Positions 19,883-32,675 are shown, counted from the stretch's first letter. The stretch is 64,000 nt of DNA from an uncultured archaeon (GCA_963799775.1 CAWCYD010000003.1:896001-960000); one strand, 5' to 3'. Translations and numbers: made by a program. The notes: a model not told the origin generated them from the sequence alone.

Positions 19883-20627
19883 ATGGCGATCTTCCCAGAA
19901 TTCGCCGGTTCGAAAATCCTAGTAGTCGGAGGAACCGGAGGCATCGGAAGCGCCTGCGTCAAGCTGTTTGTCAGGGGGGGAGGCGCGGTCGGATACACTA
20001 CCCACAAGTCCCCTGCCCTCAAGATGAAGTCGCTTGGACTTGAGGCGGAGATGAAGCCGAAACATTGGAGAGTAGACGTTGCCGACGACGCCTCCTTAGA
20101 GGAACTGGCCAGGCGCGTGGAGTCGGAGTTCAGAGCACTCGATGCGGTTGTAATGTGCCAAGGCATCATTACAGGGAAACGAATGACGGAATATGCTCTG
20201 CCCGAGATAGACAGAGTCTTCAACGTGAACGTGGTCAGCATGGTGAAATTGACGAAACTAATCCATCCGCTGATGGCACAAGAATCATCCATCGTCTACA
20301 TTTCCAGCATCTCTGCGTTCGCGGGCAGTTACGACGCAGTGTATGCTTCGACCAAAGGTGCCATAGTCTCATTCGTGAAGTCGATGGCGAGGCAGTATGG
20401 GCCAAAAATAAGGGTCAATGCGGTGGCACCCGGTCTCACAGAGGACACCGGGATGTACCAGGGGATGCAGGAAAAGGTGCAAACTCAGCATCGCAAGGCC
20501 ACAGCACTGAAGAGGCTGGCTTCTCCCGATGACATCGCGAATACTGTTGCGTTTCTCTCGAGCAGACTAGCACGTCAGGTTACGGGGCACCTGTGTCGAT
20601 GTCAATGGCGGAGAATACATGCGATGA
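19883..20627 (+). CDS. Classical SDR oxidoreductase (FabG-like), frameshift near 20587
   Basis: GGTGGIG, YASTK and RVNAVAPG motifs. The canonical C-terminus TG..VDVNGG continues in another frame to TGA at 20627. Confidence 0.85.
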
Positions 20628-20775
20628 AGACGATGGGAGTCATCGGTGCGGGGATATTCGGCGTCGGTCGCGCTGGCCCTTGGACGCAACTTCAAAAGAC
20701 GACGACGAGTCCAGAAAGGTGGCTCTGTTCACCACGGGGACGATGCAAAGTGACCAGCTTTCCGGACCAGTCTAA
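20624..20775 (+). pseudogene. Internally deleted remnant of an FAD-dependent oxidoreductase (paralog of 34171-35338)
   Basis: MKTMGVIGAGIFG (compare MKSVAVIGAGIFG), followed by KDDDESRK (compare ENDDARRS near the paralog's C-terminus). ATGA overlap with the SDR stop. Confidence 0.6.
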
Positions 20776-20901
20776 TCCTCGAACCTTCGAGGAGTACGGC
20801 ACTGATGGAGGAAGGCTCAGGCCCGTATTCACAGGACGGCCCGAGCCGACTCGCTCGCTGCGAATTCCTTAAAGGGTCAACCAGCTTGGGCGCCTCAATC
20901 G

Positions 20902-21955
20902 TTGAAGGGCTTGATTCTTGCAGGAGGATACGGGTCGCGGCTGAGACCTTTCACATTCTCAACAAACAAACACCTGCTGCCAATAGCGAACAAACCCCTT
21001 GTTTTGCATTGCGTAGAGGAACCTCAAGAACGCGGGTATTGACGACATTGTCGTTGTCGTGGGGCCGTTCTCCGACGCAATCTCGGCGAGACTGGGAGAT
21101 GGGTCGGCTATGGGTGTGAGGATACAATACGTCCGTCAGGATGTGCCAAGAGGACTAGCCCATGCCGTGATGATTAGCAAGGATTACCTGCAAGGTGAGC
21201 CTTTCCTCCTTCACCTCGGAGACAATCTGCTCGAACATGGAGTCTCATCTTTCGTCAAGGCGTTTGAGACAGACCGTGTGGACACCGTAATCGGCATAAC
21301 GAAGGTGGGCAATCCTGAAAGATATGGGATTGTTGAGTTCGAAGATGACACACCGTCTCGAATCTTGGAGAAGCCTGTGAAGACCAGCAGTAACTCGGCC
21401 ATAATAGGCGTATACGTATTCAGCAGTAGCATCTTTGACGCGATTCAAAAGCTCAAGCCATCGCCGCGCGGCGAAATGGAGATTACTGATGCCCTCGAGG
21501 TTCACCGAAGGGAAGGCAGAAAGATCAAGCTGCACCGATTTTCGGGTTGGTGGAAAGACGCTGGCACGCCCGCGGACTTCATTGAGGCCAACAAGCTGAT
21601 GCTCGACAAGCATCGTCACGAGGTTGCCGGCAAAATAGAGGAGGGAGCGACCGTTTCCAGCAACATCACCGTTGGCGCCGGCAGCGTCATCAAGAGCGGA
21701 GCGAGAATCCTGGGGCCTTCCATCATAGGCGAAGCTTGCACAATCGGGACCGGCGCCATAATCGGCCCGTATGTCTGCATAGGAGATGGGGGAACCATTT
21801 ATCGGGCAAAACTAAGAGATTCTATCGTGATGAATCGATGCAACATTGATGTCGATGTTTCATTCAGTTCAAGCATCATCGGCAATGACGCGACTGTCAA
21901 AAGCGGCCCCTTCACGAACTTCTTACTCGGGGATGAATGCTCAATCACTCTCTGA
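20902..21955 (+). CDS. Glucose-1-phosphate thymidylyltransferase (long form with LbH domain), frameshift near 21020
   Basis: TTG 20902 gives [29 protein letters not shown], then [30 protein letters not shown] and hexapeptide repeats. Confidence 0.92.
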
Positions 21956-22247
21956 CCGGAACTGGCGGGAGATTGAAGTATGCCTTGGCACTAGGCGACA
22001 ACTAAGCAGACTCGCTTCTCATGTGGACGGGAACAAAGGCAAGGGTCGTTCTTGTTGGCGGACACTCGTATTGGCCTGAGCAAATTAGCAATACACCATC
22101 ATGGCGAGTTAAGCTGTGCGACTTTCGGCAGATCCTGTCGCTTTGAGTCGCTAAATCCCTATCTTTCGCATCATGATGGAAACCGTTTGTTCGAATTCCC
22201 CCGCTTCTTATTAGGCTAGTGACAACGTGGTCGGGAGAGGCAGACGA

Positions 22248-25200
22248 ATGAGTGATAGGGTGACAGAAGGACCGCAGTCTCGAATTGAGGTTTCACCATT
22301 TAGATGGCTGCTGCGAAGGTGGTATCTGCTAATTCCGGTGGCTTTGTCCCTACTGACTTGGTGGACACCAAACTTCTTCTCTCCTAACACCATTATCGAT
22401 TTTGCAGATCTCAGCTATCCGCTCGTTCCGTCGAATATTGTTCAGATCTACCTTCACACGTGGGGCTTCCAGGGATCAGGATCTCCCAATTCATATCTGG
22501 CGCCGTTACCTCTCTGGCTCTTGAACTCGGGGGTCGTGAGCTCAGGGATTCCATTGTGGATTGCAAATCGAATTTTCGTAGCGATCCTCCCTCTCACTTT
22601 GACGGGCTGGTCGGCGTACTATCTTGCCAGATCAGTGATAGAAGGTGAGAATTCCAAGCCCGGCGCGATTGTGGCCATGGTTTTCGCCATGCTTTCGCCC
22701 ACTCTCGGTCAGACCATCCTGTTTCAGATCTCCATGGCAGGATTCTTGCTCCTGTTGGGGAGCCTCATCCGGGGGCTGAGAAAGGACAAGATTCAGGCCC
22801 GTCATCTACTTCTTTCCGTGGCTGGCTCAGTAATGTTAGCTCAGGCGCCAATCACGATGTATCTCGGACTCTTGGTCATTTCGATTGTACTCGTCTTGCT
22901 TGTAGTTTCAAGGTATCTGGTTCTAACCACAGCCAAGGCAGAGTTCTTTGGATTGGCGTTAGTCTGCTGCGTGCTGGCCAATGCATACTGGTTACTCCCG
23001 CTCGGCATGAGTTTGACCACTCAGTCAGTCGCGCAGATTGGCTATCGCAGCGCACTTCAAGGCGCCAGCCAGTCGGGTCTCGCGATTCTCCAAGGCTACA
23101 GACCCTTCGCAAGTCTTGATTGGGTTTTGCGACTCGTTATTGCCAATCCCGTTGCCTCCGTATACTCATGGTATTCATCTCCCCTAATTGTTGGCTTGAA
23201 TTTCGCAGTATGTGCAACTGCATACGCGGCTGTCGTAATAAGCAGGAGAAATCGTTCCGTCATTGCTTTCGCGGTCACGGGGCTGATTCTTACCCTGGGT
23301 GCAACCACAATACACTACCCCCAGATTGCTCTGGTCTACGAATTTCTCACGGTCCATCTTCCAGGCTTCGTGATTGTGTATGCTCCGGGCTACTGGCTAC
23401 TCTTCTTGGCGATGGTCTACGCGGTCCTCCTGGGGATGACTACAGCATGCGTTCTGGACAAGATCGAGGTTAACGCAAGATTGGGTAAGACCGCTCGCAC
23501 TCTCAGAAGAGTCTCAGGTAGAATTGCTCTATGTGCGGCCCTTTTTCTCATGATAGGTTCGTACGCGTACGTCCCTCTGGTAGGCGTGCCAAATCCCACT
23601 ATCTTCGGAAATCACACGCCTTACGGGAACCACGTCTCCGCTTTTGTGGTCCCGAGCGAGTACAACGAGTTAAGAAATCTTCTGGCCAATGATTCCGCCT
23701 GCGGATGCAAACTGCTAGTGCTCCCTCTACAGGGGGGATCGTATATGATCTACTCTTGGTACAGCGACTACAACCTCCCGGACATCGCATCATTCGTGTC
23801 CCCCATCCCAATCGTTGGCCAAATCTCGGCAACATTCCCAATACTTCAGAACATCACCGCCGCGCTTGACCAGAATAGACCCGATCTCGCGGCCCGACTG
23901 ATGGGTATGGCTTCGATCAAGTACGTTCTCATTCACTTTGACACTCTCAACGTCTCGCCCATCACTCTTCAGGCTCCCTCTCCATACTCGAATGAGACGG
24001 CTCTTCCTTACAATCGGGAAATAGGCAATTCGACCTACTTCAACCGCGTTTTGGCAGGCAATCAGTTCGCGCTCTATGAAATCAGTCCAAGCGATGAGCC
24101 CATTATAATCACCTCTGCCGGAGTGAAACTCTTCGCTGATACAGTTTTGCCCGTGCCCGCTCCGCCAGATGCGATACGTTTCGCCGCTAACTACAGCGGG
24201 ACCACGTACGCCGATGCCCTCGCCCAACTGCGACCCGGAATGACCATGAAGGAATATACCGAGGCCGTGGTCGCTTCAACCACCGTTAGTCCGCTTTCAA
24301 CAGTGGCTTCGCATGCAGCGGCTCTCTGGACATTTAACCAGACCAACGGCACAGAGCTTCGAGACCTGTCGGGTAATGAGAATGACGGAGTCTTGGTCGG
24401 CTCCCCCGAATGGAGCACAGACGGAACCTGTTTCTCAGGCTCTTGCCTGAAGTTTGGAGGGGGGGCCGGCAGCTACGTTGTAGTCCCTGACAGTGAGTCT
24501 CTCAGAATTACGACTGGATTCACCATCTCAACGTGGATTCGACTCGATTCATGCAACAAGGAGGCAATCTCCTACGTCATTAGCAAGGGTCTTGATAGCA
24601 CGAACAATTGGAGCCTAGCTCTAACACAGGGCGAATGCTACCCCGAAGTAATCTATTTTGACGGAACAAGCAATCAAGTTGCAACTGGAAACAATCCAAT
24701 TCTCCCAGGCGAATGGCACCTACTAACTGCAACTTGGGACGGAAGTCCCTTCGTATTTACTATGACGGCTTGCTAGCAGGCCAATCTATCGCTGTTGGCA
24801 CTCCAGTTACGGGAGACGAGTCTGTGGCAATCGGCGGGAGGGATGATGGGTCTGGTTTCTGCTCATGCTCAATAGAAGACGCAGCAGTGCTCAACGTGAC
24901 GCTCAGTCAGGAACAGATCGCACAGATGAGAGAGCGAACAATCAGCGGCGAGCAGTTCAATCAGGTGTTGAGCACGATGAATGAGCCTCCTTCTCAAGGA
25001 TATGCCGCAACATTGCCCACTTTTCCTCTGACGAATAACCTTTTGCAACCGATTTTCCAAGTCGACACGATGGGAGAGGGTTCAGTAAGCTTTACGCAGG
25101 AAGCCTTCGCTGCATTTTCCGGAACGGTAAGCAGCACCCAGCCAGGATATCTTATTTTCCTAACACAGTCTGATCAGCAATGGGAGTTGACAATTGCAGG

Positions 25201-25495
25201 CACCTCCGTCCCACATGCAACTGTGATCCCACGATATGCCAGAGGATTGGGCGGCAACCTTTCGGTAAATGTGTGGCCGATAAACGCCGGATTAAACCAG
25301 ACATTCAAACTGGTTTACCAACCTGAAAGATATGCTCAACTTGGGGAAATCATCTCTCTGGCCGCCATCACGACCATATTGTCTGCTGTAGGGCTCGTGG
25401 CGGTCATCACTACTCACCGACATGCTTCACTGGTTAGAAGAGGTCATCCACCTTCCAACGCGTCGAGGGTACCAGACCAAGACAAGCGCGAGTAG
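22248..25495 (+). CDS. Large GT-C-like membrane protein (AftD/YfhO-like) with LamG-like domain, frameshift near 24745
   Basis: Many TM segments, KLLVLP...IKYVLIH soluble module, LamG-like WTFNQ..DLSGNENDG..WHLLTATWDG, YfhO-like C-terminus and final TM. Confidence 0.72.
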
Positions 25496-25504
25496 ATTGA
25501 GAGA

Positions 25505-28439
25505 GTGATTTCTGAGGAAAGAAATGCCTGGCGCGGGCTAATCAAATTCGCGAGAATCCATGCCGTTCCAGTAGTAGCCCTTCTCGCAATCTCACTAGTT
25601 CCTTGGATTTCGATGGGCATTTTCTCAAATACGATTTGGTACGAGTGGGATGCAGTATTCCGTTTCTACCCACTGGACGCGCTAGTCGACAGCATCTCGC
25701 CAATCAGTTCGATTGCAGGTATTGCGACTCAGAACTCAGGAATCCCGGGAAGCCTCCCGGGATATGCTCTCCAGTATTTTGGCCGCCTGATCGGGCTCTC
25801 CGTGATTCAGCTTGACCGCCTTGTGTACCTGGTTCCCTGGGCCCTGAGAGGAATCGGAATGTATGCACTCCTAAGTGTCCTGGAGCGAAGCAATTCGAGG
25901 TCTGCACTTCTTGGCAAGTTTCTTGGGGCGCTTCTCTACCAGTTTGCTCCACTGGGGGAACCCTTCAGCTCGAACATCTCAAGCGTCACGGCCGGAACCG
26001 CCCCATTGGCTCTGGCAATCTACGCTTCAGGAGCCAAGGCCGCAAACTGGGTGAAGTATTCTATTGCTTCTGCACTTGTGTTCACTGTCTCAATTGCAAC
26101 TGGATATTCTATCGTTTTCTTGCCCTTCTTAATCTGCTTGTACACCATCTTCGCCTTTCGTCGTGGAAGAATTCTGAGGGGGCTGGTATACATTCTTACG
26201 ACTTTGGGTCTTTGTTTGATATCCTCGAGCTATTTTTTTCTGCCGTACTTACATTCGGTCGCATCGAGCCCTGGAACATTTGGTTTCCTAACTAGTAACT
26301 TCAACCAAGCAGGTGCAATCGGATCGAGCTCGATGAATTCAATCCAGAATCTTGCCTCGAAAAACAACATTGTCTACAACTCGTTGGGCTTGCTGGAAGG
26401 TGTGTGGAACTGGGGAAGCGCGTATACTGTGCCCTGGATTCTTTTGTCTTTGGCAACAACCACAGGCCTCGCATATTCTTATCTGCTCGGTCGGAGGGAC
26501 CGAATCACCTTCTTTCTCGCAGTCTTGGGCACAGTAGAAATCGTGCTCATTACGACTTTGGAATTTCCGTACGTTCGCGACATCTATCTCTTCGGCTTTC
26601 AGCATCTCAATGCGTTCTTCGTCAATCCCATCTACTTCCTGTACGGAATTTGGCTTGCCGAGGCGGCACTTTTTGGTCTTGTCGCTTGTAAGCTGCTTGC
26701 AGGCGCCTCGAAGAAAAGGCTGACTGCGATTGCCGCTGTCCTGCTCATTCTTGTTCTCTTGGATTCAGTCCCGATGATCGACGGAGCCATGATCAAGGGC
26801 GATGTCAGCCCGACCATGGGCTTTCCAATCCCACAGCAATATTACCAACTTCATGACCTGCTCAACAACGCCCCCGTCGGAGCAAGACTGATGGAGGTCC
26901 CGGCAATTGGCTTACAAGTTCCCTGTAACGGACAAGATTCGCCCGGATTCACCTGGGCAAGCCAACCTGGATGTTTCGACACGTGGATTGCGAAACTCGT
27001 CCCCAGACAAGTTGAAGTCCTCGGCGAAGATCCTGGGACACTTTCAGCTACGGGCTCAGCAGCTTTGTTCACGATGCTTGCGGCACCTCAAATAAATTTC
27101 GAGTCCGAAGCCTCGCTAATGCAACGGCTGAATGTCCACTACATGCTCGTTCACAAGGACCTTACAGCTGCCCCGAGCTGGGTCCAGTCCCTTGGTCCAA
27201 AGCTCATTGAGAGTGGAGAATTCAATCTAGTTACATCAAACCCATATTTTGACCTTTACTCCGTCAATATTCCAGCGTCAGCCGTCTACTTGGCGAATCC
27301 CAACGAGAGCTTGAACGCTAGCGGCCAGGAGAGCCACCTAAGAGCTTATTGGGCCTTGGACGAAGGAGCGGGCACTCTGGTGAATGACAGCTCACTGGAT
27401 AATGCGAACGGAGAGGTGGTAGGTCATCCGGACTGGATTTCCAATAGCTCTTGCTTTACAAGGTCCCTGCCTTCGGTTTGACGGAACTAGTACTTACGTG
27501 GTGGTGCAGGACCAGAATGGTCTCAGGCTTGACCAATCTTATACAATCGCGCTTTGGGTAAAGGTCGATATTTGTAGGAACGACTCCGTCTCATATCTCG
27601 CGAGCAAAGGTCTTGACTCGACCAACAATTGGTCCCTTGTTCTCGCGCAGAGCACTTGTCAGGTCCAACTCATATATTCCGACGGACAGGCAAATCATGC
27701 TTCAGAGTTGGCCAATGCCACAGCCCTAAGGCCAAACACCTGGTATTTCATTGCGGCGACGTGGGATGGGAATACGCTGATTACATATGTTGACTCGAAA
27801 CAAGATACCACGAACCCTGCACCTCAGCCTCCGGTCACCGGAAATGAAAGCGTCGCAATCGGTGGGAGAGATGACGGACGGGGCATCTGCGAGTGCTTCA
27901 TTTCAAATGTTGCGATTTTTGATTTCGCGATGAGCCAGGGCTCAATTGCGAAAGTTCAGCGAGCGGAAAGCTTGGGGTTGAGCCCGGATTCAGTATTGGG
28001 CACAATTCCGATTACAGAAATTCTAGGACAGGGATTCTATCAGTTTCAACCTCCGGGAAATACGCTGACTATTGAATCCTCATCGCTCTCGAATTGGAGC
28101 GTTGATGTTAACTTCACTGGAACGCGAGTATTAGTACTAACGGAGCTCTACAATAACCAATATGTCCTGATACTAGACGGCCGAGCAGTCCCAATTTCGT
28201 CGCACGTATTGGCCAATGGCTACGCCAACGGCTGGCTACTGAATGGCACGGGAATACCTCAACACATTGTGATTTCCGATACCGCTCAACCCTACTTCTA
28301 TTTTGGTGCTATCACATCTTCCGTGTTTTGGGCTATTGCCTTGGTGTTTCTGAGTGATTTGCCGCGCTGGATACGCGCGAAACTCCCTGCACTATCGAGT
28401 GCTAAGGGACGTATTAGCAGCGCGATTGGGGGAGAATAG
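25505..28439 (+). CDS. Large GT-C-like membrane protein with LamG-like domain (paralog 2), frameshift near 27465
   Basis: WYEWD after TM1, RLMEVP, VHYMLVHKD, YWALDEGAG..DSS, WYFIAATWDG, LTELY..HVLANGYANGW. Confidence 0.72.
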
Positions 28440-28500
28440 ACCATCGGCATTGGCAAATTCTGCGAGTCCAATAATCATCACACTTTCAACGACACGAAGG

Positions 28501-31380
28501 TCAAGATGAATGGTTTCTGTCAATCGTGGAATCTGTATGATGCTCTCTTCCTAGTCTTCTCTCTACGAACGGAAGAAGGAAATAAGCAGCGGCAACTGCA
28601 ATACAAAGAGACCAAAATGCCCCCGAAATGGCCAGCCCGAGATTGAAATACGGCTGAGCCATGTCTTCGATAGTAAGCTCCCCGTTGTCCGTTGCATTCA
28701 GTACCCAACCGTTGGCATACCCATCCACCAGAATGTGGTCGGCAGAGGGAATGGTGCGACCGTCAAGGCTTGCTTTCCATTGGTCGCTAAATAATTGCGT
28801 CAGTACGACCGTTGTCGGGCCGGCGAAGTCAAATCTCCCGTGCCATTGCGACATCGTCGAAGGTTCCAGTGTCAGACCTTGACTTTCGTTGAGTGCTGGG
28901 GACGCTGATCTGTAGAAGACCGCAAGTGAAGATTTCAAGTCAGACCCACTTGAAGACTCTTGATACAGGTTTGTGAGTTCGTTAGGGGTGAGAGCCACAT
29001 TCAAAACAAAGGGTTCGCCTATGGAACAGGAACAATAGTCACTGGCATCGTCTCTGGCGCCAATAGCCATCGAGTCGGACGAAGTTACTGGCGGTTTCGG
29101 TGCAGCGGTAAGGCCTACCAAGCCACCGTCTTCGAAGATCTGCAATAGGCCGCCGTCCCATGTTGCCTCCAAGAAATGCCACTGTCCTACCGACAGAGCG
29201 ACGCTGGCTGACAATCCTTGGTTTCCCGAGCCGTCGAAATAGACCACCTCGGGAACACAATCATGCTGCGAGAGAATAAAGGACCAATTGTTTGACCCGC
29301 TACTTCCTTTGCCCATCATGTATGAGATGGCATTTTGATTGCAAGAGTTTAGCTTCACCCAGAGCCCAAGTGTAAATCCCGTAGATAGCCGCAGGGAACT
29401 GCTATCCGGAACCAAGAGGTAGTTCGATGCTCCATCAAAATTCATGCATGACATCGAGGGGCAGGATGATCCGGCGAGCCAATCCGGCGAGCCAATCACC
29501 TTTGCTGAGTTGTTGTTCGGCGAGCTATCTCTAGCAATTGTTCCGGCCCCCTCGTTGAGCTTCCAGTAGCCAACGATGTTCGGTGCGAGGCTCGTTAGCT
29601 GTGTCGCATACAAACCCATGGTGTTCCAGGATGTTTGGAAGATGTCAAAGTACTCGTTCGAAACAATAAGTCTGAAGTTGTCGCCAGAGAGCATGGAAGC
29701 GCTTGCGTTGTTAAGCCAGGAAGGGGCGTCGAGGAGGTCTTTGTGCACGAGGATATAGTGAATGTTGAGCTTTTGAAGCAAGCTTATGGCTTCCGGCGAG
29801 TTGACGTTACCGTCCGCAATGTACTGGTATATCGCACCGTAACCGATGGCTTCGTAATCATTCGAGTATTCGGCGACCTCGACGTTCGGAGGAACCAGTC
29901 TGCTGCCCCACAGGGTAAAGCACCCAGGCCCATCCGCCCAAGTAAATCCCCCCGTGGATTGCCCGCTACAGTTGTACTGTAGATTGATTGCGGGGAGTTC
30001 AAGGAGCCTTTCTCCTGGAGGCGCGCTTGAAAGTTCATCGTGTATCTTCAGATAGTCCGCTGGAAGGGGGAAGCCGGTTGTTGGACTGACATCACTATTT
30101 ATCATCGCCCCGTCAAGGACGGGGTAAGAGTCCAAGAGGACCAAGACAATCAGCGCCACTGCAAGGGCCTGCTGTTTGCGCCCAGAGAAGCGCTGAAGCA
30201 ACTTCTCTGCAGCCAAACCGAAGAGCGCGGCTACAGCCAACCAGAGACCATAGAGTAGGTAGACCGGATTGATGAAGTAGGTATTGAAGTAGTGGAAACC
30301 AAAAAGAAAGACGTTGCTGAGCAGGGGATACGTCAAAGTTGTCAGGAATAAGACATGGAGCAAGCCCAAGACTACGAAGAAAAGAGATGCCCGTTCTCTC
30401 CTGGTTATTATCGCGGAATAGGCTATGACGGAGGTCGCCGCCAAGGAGACGTAAACCCAAGGCTGCAAGTATGCGGGCCCCCAACCCCAAACGCCTTCCA
30501 GAAGTCCAACTGCGTTGTACTGAATTGCGTTCTTGCTGGCGATGTTAACGATAGACTGCATGGCAGCGTTCGAAATCGTCGCCGGTGAATTGAATGACCC
30601 ACTGATGTTGCCGAAAACCGTCGCGTTACTGAGCACGGAATAAAAATATGGCACAAAGAAGTAGGCCGCGGAGATACCACAAAAGAGGAAACAAGTGATC
30701 AAGTAGACGGTTTTTCGGGCGAATGCCCCTGACTTTGGAAACGTCACGACACTGTATGCTATGGTCACCACCGGGATGAACACAATCGAATATCCGGTTG
30801 AAATTGCCAATGCGAAGAATAACGAATACCCCATTGCATACAGGATCCAACGCGAACTCTTCGTGCCCCTGATGAAGAGGCCCAGCATGACAGGTGCGGA
30901 ACCTGCTGTCACGCTCGATATGTTCGAGCTGAAAGGTTCACCAAGCGGAGCAAATTGATACAGGAGTGCGCCCATGAACTTACCAAGCGTCGCAGCGCGA
31001 GACTCTGAGGTTTCAATCTGACTTAAGAGAAAATACATGCCAACTCCTCGGCAGAGCCAGGGCACAACGTAGACGAGTCGATTGGCTTGCACGATCGAGA
31101 TACCAAGAAACCCGGCGAGATATTGGAGGCCGTACACTGGGACAGCTCCAGGCACTCCCGCGTTCTGGACTGCGAACTCACCTCCTATGGTTGTAATCGC
31201 TGAAATTGAGTTCAGAAGGGCGTCAAGCGGGTAGAACCTGAAGACGGCATCCCATTCGTACCAAATTGAATTGCCGAACAATCCCATGCGCAGCCATGGC
31301 AGACAACCCGCCACAAGCAGCACTACGAGGGGTACGCCGTGAATCCTGGCCAGATGAAATAGCGGTCCAATACTTTTCAG
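28501..31380 (-). CDS. Large GT-C-like membrane protein with LamG-like domain (paralog 3, intact)
   Basis: Shares exact blocks with paralog 2 (IWYEWDAVFRFYPLDAL, GALLYQFAPLGEPFSSNISSVTAG). Homology extends upstream of 31323 (ARIHGVP), suggesting a CTG start at 31380 after GGAGGT. Confidence 0.75.
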   Translation of the reverse strand: MKSIGPLFHLARIHGVPLVVLLVAGCLPWLRMGLFGNSIWYEWDAVFRFYPLDALLNSISAITTIGGEFAVQNAGVPGAVPVYGLQYLAGFLGISIVQANRLVYVVPWLCRGVGMYFLLSQIETSESRAATLGKFMGALLYQFAPLGEPFSSNISSVTAGSAPVMLGLFIRGTKSSRWILYAMGYSLFFALAISTGYSIVFIPVVTIAYSVVTFPKSGAFARKTVYLITCFLFCGISAAYFFVPYFYSVLSNATVFGNISGSFNSPATISNAAMQSIVNIASKNAIQYNAVGLLEGVWGWGPAYLQPWVYVSLAATSVIAYSAIITRRERASLFFVVLGLLHVLFLTTLTYPLLSNVFLFGFHYFNTYFINPVYLLYGLWLAVAALFGLAAEKLLQRFSGRKQQALAVALIVLVLLDSYPVLDGAMINSDVSPTTGFPLPADYLKIHDELSSAPPGERLLELPAINLQYNCSGQSTGGFTWADGPGCFTLWGSRLVPPNVEVAEYSNDYEAIGYGAIYQYIADGNVNSPEAISLLQKLNIHYILVHKDLLDAPSWLNNASASMLSGDNFRLIVSNEYFDIFQTSWNTMGLYATQLTSLAPNIVGYWKLNEGAGTIARDSSPNNNSAKVIGSPDWLAGSSCPSMSCMNFDGASNYLLVPDSSSLRLSTGFTLGLWVKLNSCNQNAISYMMGKGSSGSNNWSFILSQHDCVPEVVYFDGSGNQGLSASVALSVGQWHFLEATWDGGLLQIFEDGGLVGLTAAPKPPVTSSDSMAIGARDDASDYCSCSIGEPFVLNVALTPNELTNLYQESSSGSDLKSSLAVFYRSASPALNESQGLTLEPSTMSQWHGRFDFAGPTTVVLTQLFSDQWKASLDGRTIPSADHILVDGYANGWVLNATDNGELTIEDMAQPYFNLGLAISGAFWSLCIAVAAAYFLLPFVERRLGREHHTDSTIDRNHSS

Positions 31381-31586
31381 CCGACCTCCAATAGCCTGAT
31401 TCAGCCTAACTTCAACCTCCGCCCGGTCAAACCGAGACTGCTGCGCTTATTCCACTCATCGGCAATGGCACGAAGCCTGTCTATTAGTATAAGAGTTTCC
31501 AAGGACTGTGCTAACCTATCTGCACAGTCAAAATCGAATGGCTTTCAGCAGCGAACTAAGGCGGCCCAGCGCCGCGGATTCTGGCG

Positions 31587-32315
31587 CTACTTCGTGCCGG
31601 TTATCATTAGGAACGAGCCGAACCGTCTCCTCAGCACCGGGATCTTGACTAGCAACACGGCCGGCCTCTCATAGAAGCTGCCGCCTGAGAGGTTCGGTGA
31701 CTCGGTCTCGATTGAGGTCTTCTGAAAGCCACTGAACATCAGCCTCATGGCTCTCATGGTGAAAGTCTTCTCGATTGGACTTCCTTGCAGGTTTTTGCGT
31801 CTTATCCTTAGGATGGTATCTCTGGCCTTCGTAGCAAACCAATAGTGATAGAGCATGCAGTTGAATTCCTCTCTGGCGACACGTCGAGCTTCGTCGATTC
31901 CTCTCTGTGTGTCCGGAATGTGGTGAAGGACTCCGTTGGAGTAGACCCTTTGGAAGCTGTTCTCCTGGAACGGCAGATTCTCCGCAGAGGCGACGAGGAG
32001 CTCTCCATCCAACCCGAAGAGTCGTTGTATTCGTTTCGCCACTTTCGCATTAAAAGGAGAAAGGTCGATACCGACTGACAAGCTAACGTCCTCTGCGATT
32101 CTCTTGAAATCCACGCCTGTGCCTACCCCGATTTCAAGCATACTGTTTGCTCCAGTGATGTGCCTCAGGAACCACCTCTCCATCTTTGGGGTGTCAGCGT
32201 AACGTGTACGTTCATATTCGATGAAGGAGCTTTTGAGCGTCTCGTCTGAAGTCAGGTCTAGAACTTCAAACCCGTTTGCCTTGCCAGTCCAGTATTCGAG
32301 AGTCTGAACGCTCAA
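31587..32315 (-). CDS. Class I SAM-dependent methyltransferase
   Basis: LEIGVGTG, GIDLS, AENLPF..F..VYSNGVLHH motifs. Confidence 0.88.
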   Translation of the reverse strand: MSVQTLEYWTGKANGFEVLDLTSDETLKSSFIEYERTRYADTPKMERWFLRHITGANSMLEIGVGTGVDFKRIAEDVSLSVGIDLSPFNAKVAKRIQRLFGLDGELLVASAENLPFQENSFQRVYSNGVLHHIPDTQRGIDEARRVAREEFNCMLYHYWFATKARDTILRIRRKNLQGSPIEKTFTMRAMRLMFSGFQKTSIETESPNLSGGSFYERPAVLLVKIPVLRRRFGSFLMITGTK

Positions 32316-32675
32316 CGAGCCTCAGAAATGTCCTCTTGCTTTAAGGTCTGCGACTATCCCGAAGCGGCTTCCCGTGCGCATTGAGGATAAACATCTTCGG
32401 GCTGCTTCGATCTTGGGCCAAAAGGCCTTCAGCTTGGGTTTGCTCTTGGAGTTCTACGCGGGAGGCGATCCAGAATTTGAAAGCGGGGCATGCTTGCACA
32501 CCTCTGTCAGATCTGCTCGCCTCTCGAAGTCAGGGCAGAGCAAACCCATGTCGGAACCATTGAGCATCAATCTAGAGAATCATCAATGACACAGTTTCGC
32601 GACCCTGAAATGAAACGTGGGCGCGTTCTAGTTCATTACGCTTTATTAACGACATGTGGCGGCTTGAAAGCATAG

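Noticed and set aside
19883-20872. 329-aa SDR fusion protein as given in the ORF track
   Set aside because: It results from a frameshift near 20587 reading into a pseudogene remnant; the real SDR ends at 20627.
32381-32563. Possible remnant of a nucleotide-sugar dehydrogenase (MRINIFGL...EF..AIQNL)
   Set aside because: Similarity is too short and fragmentary to support without a search.
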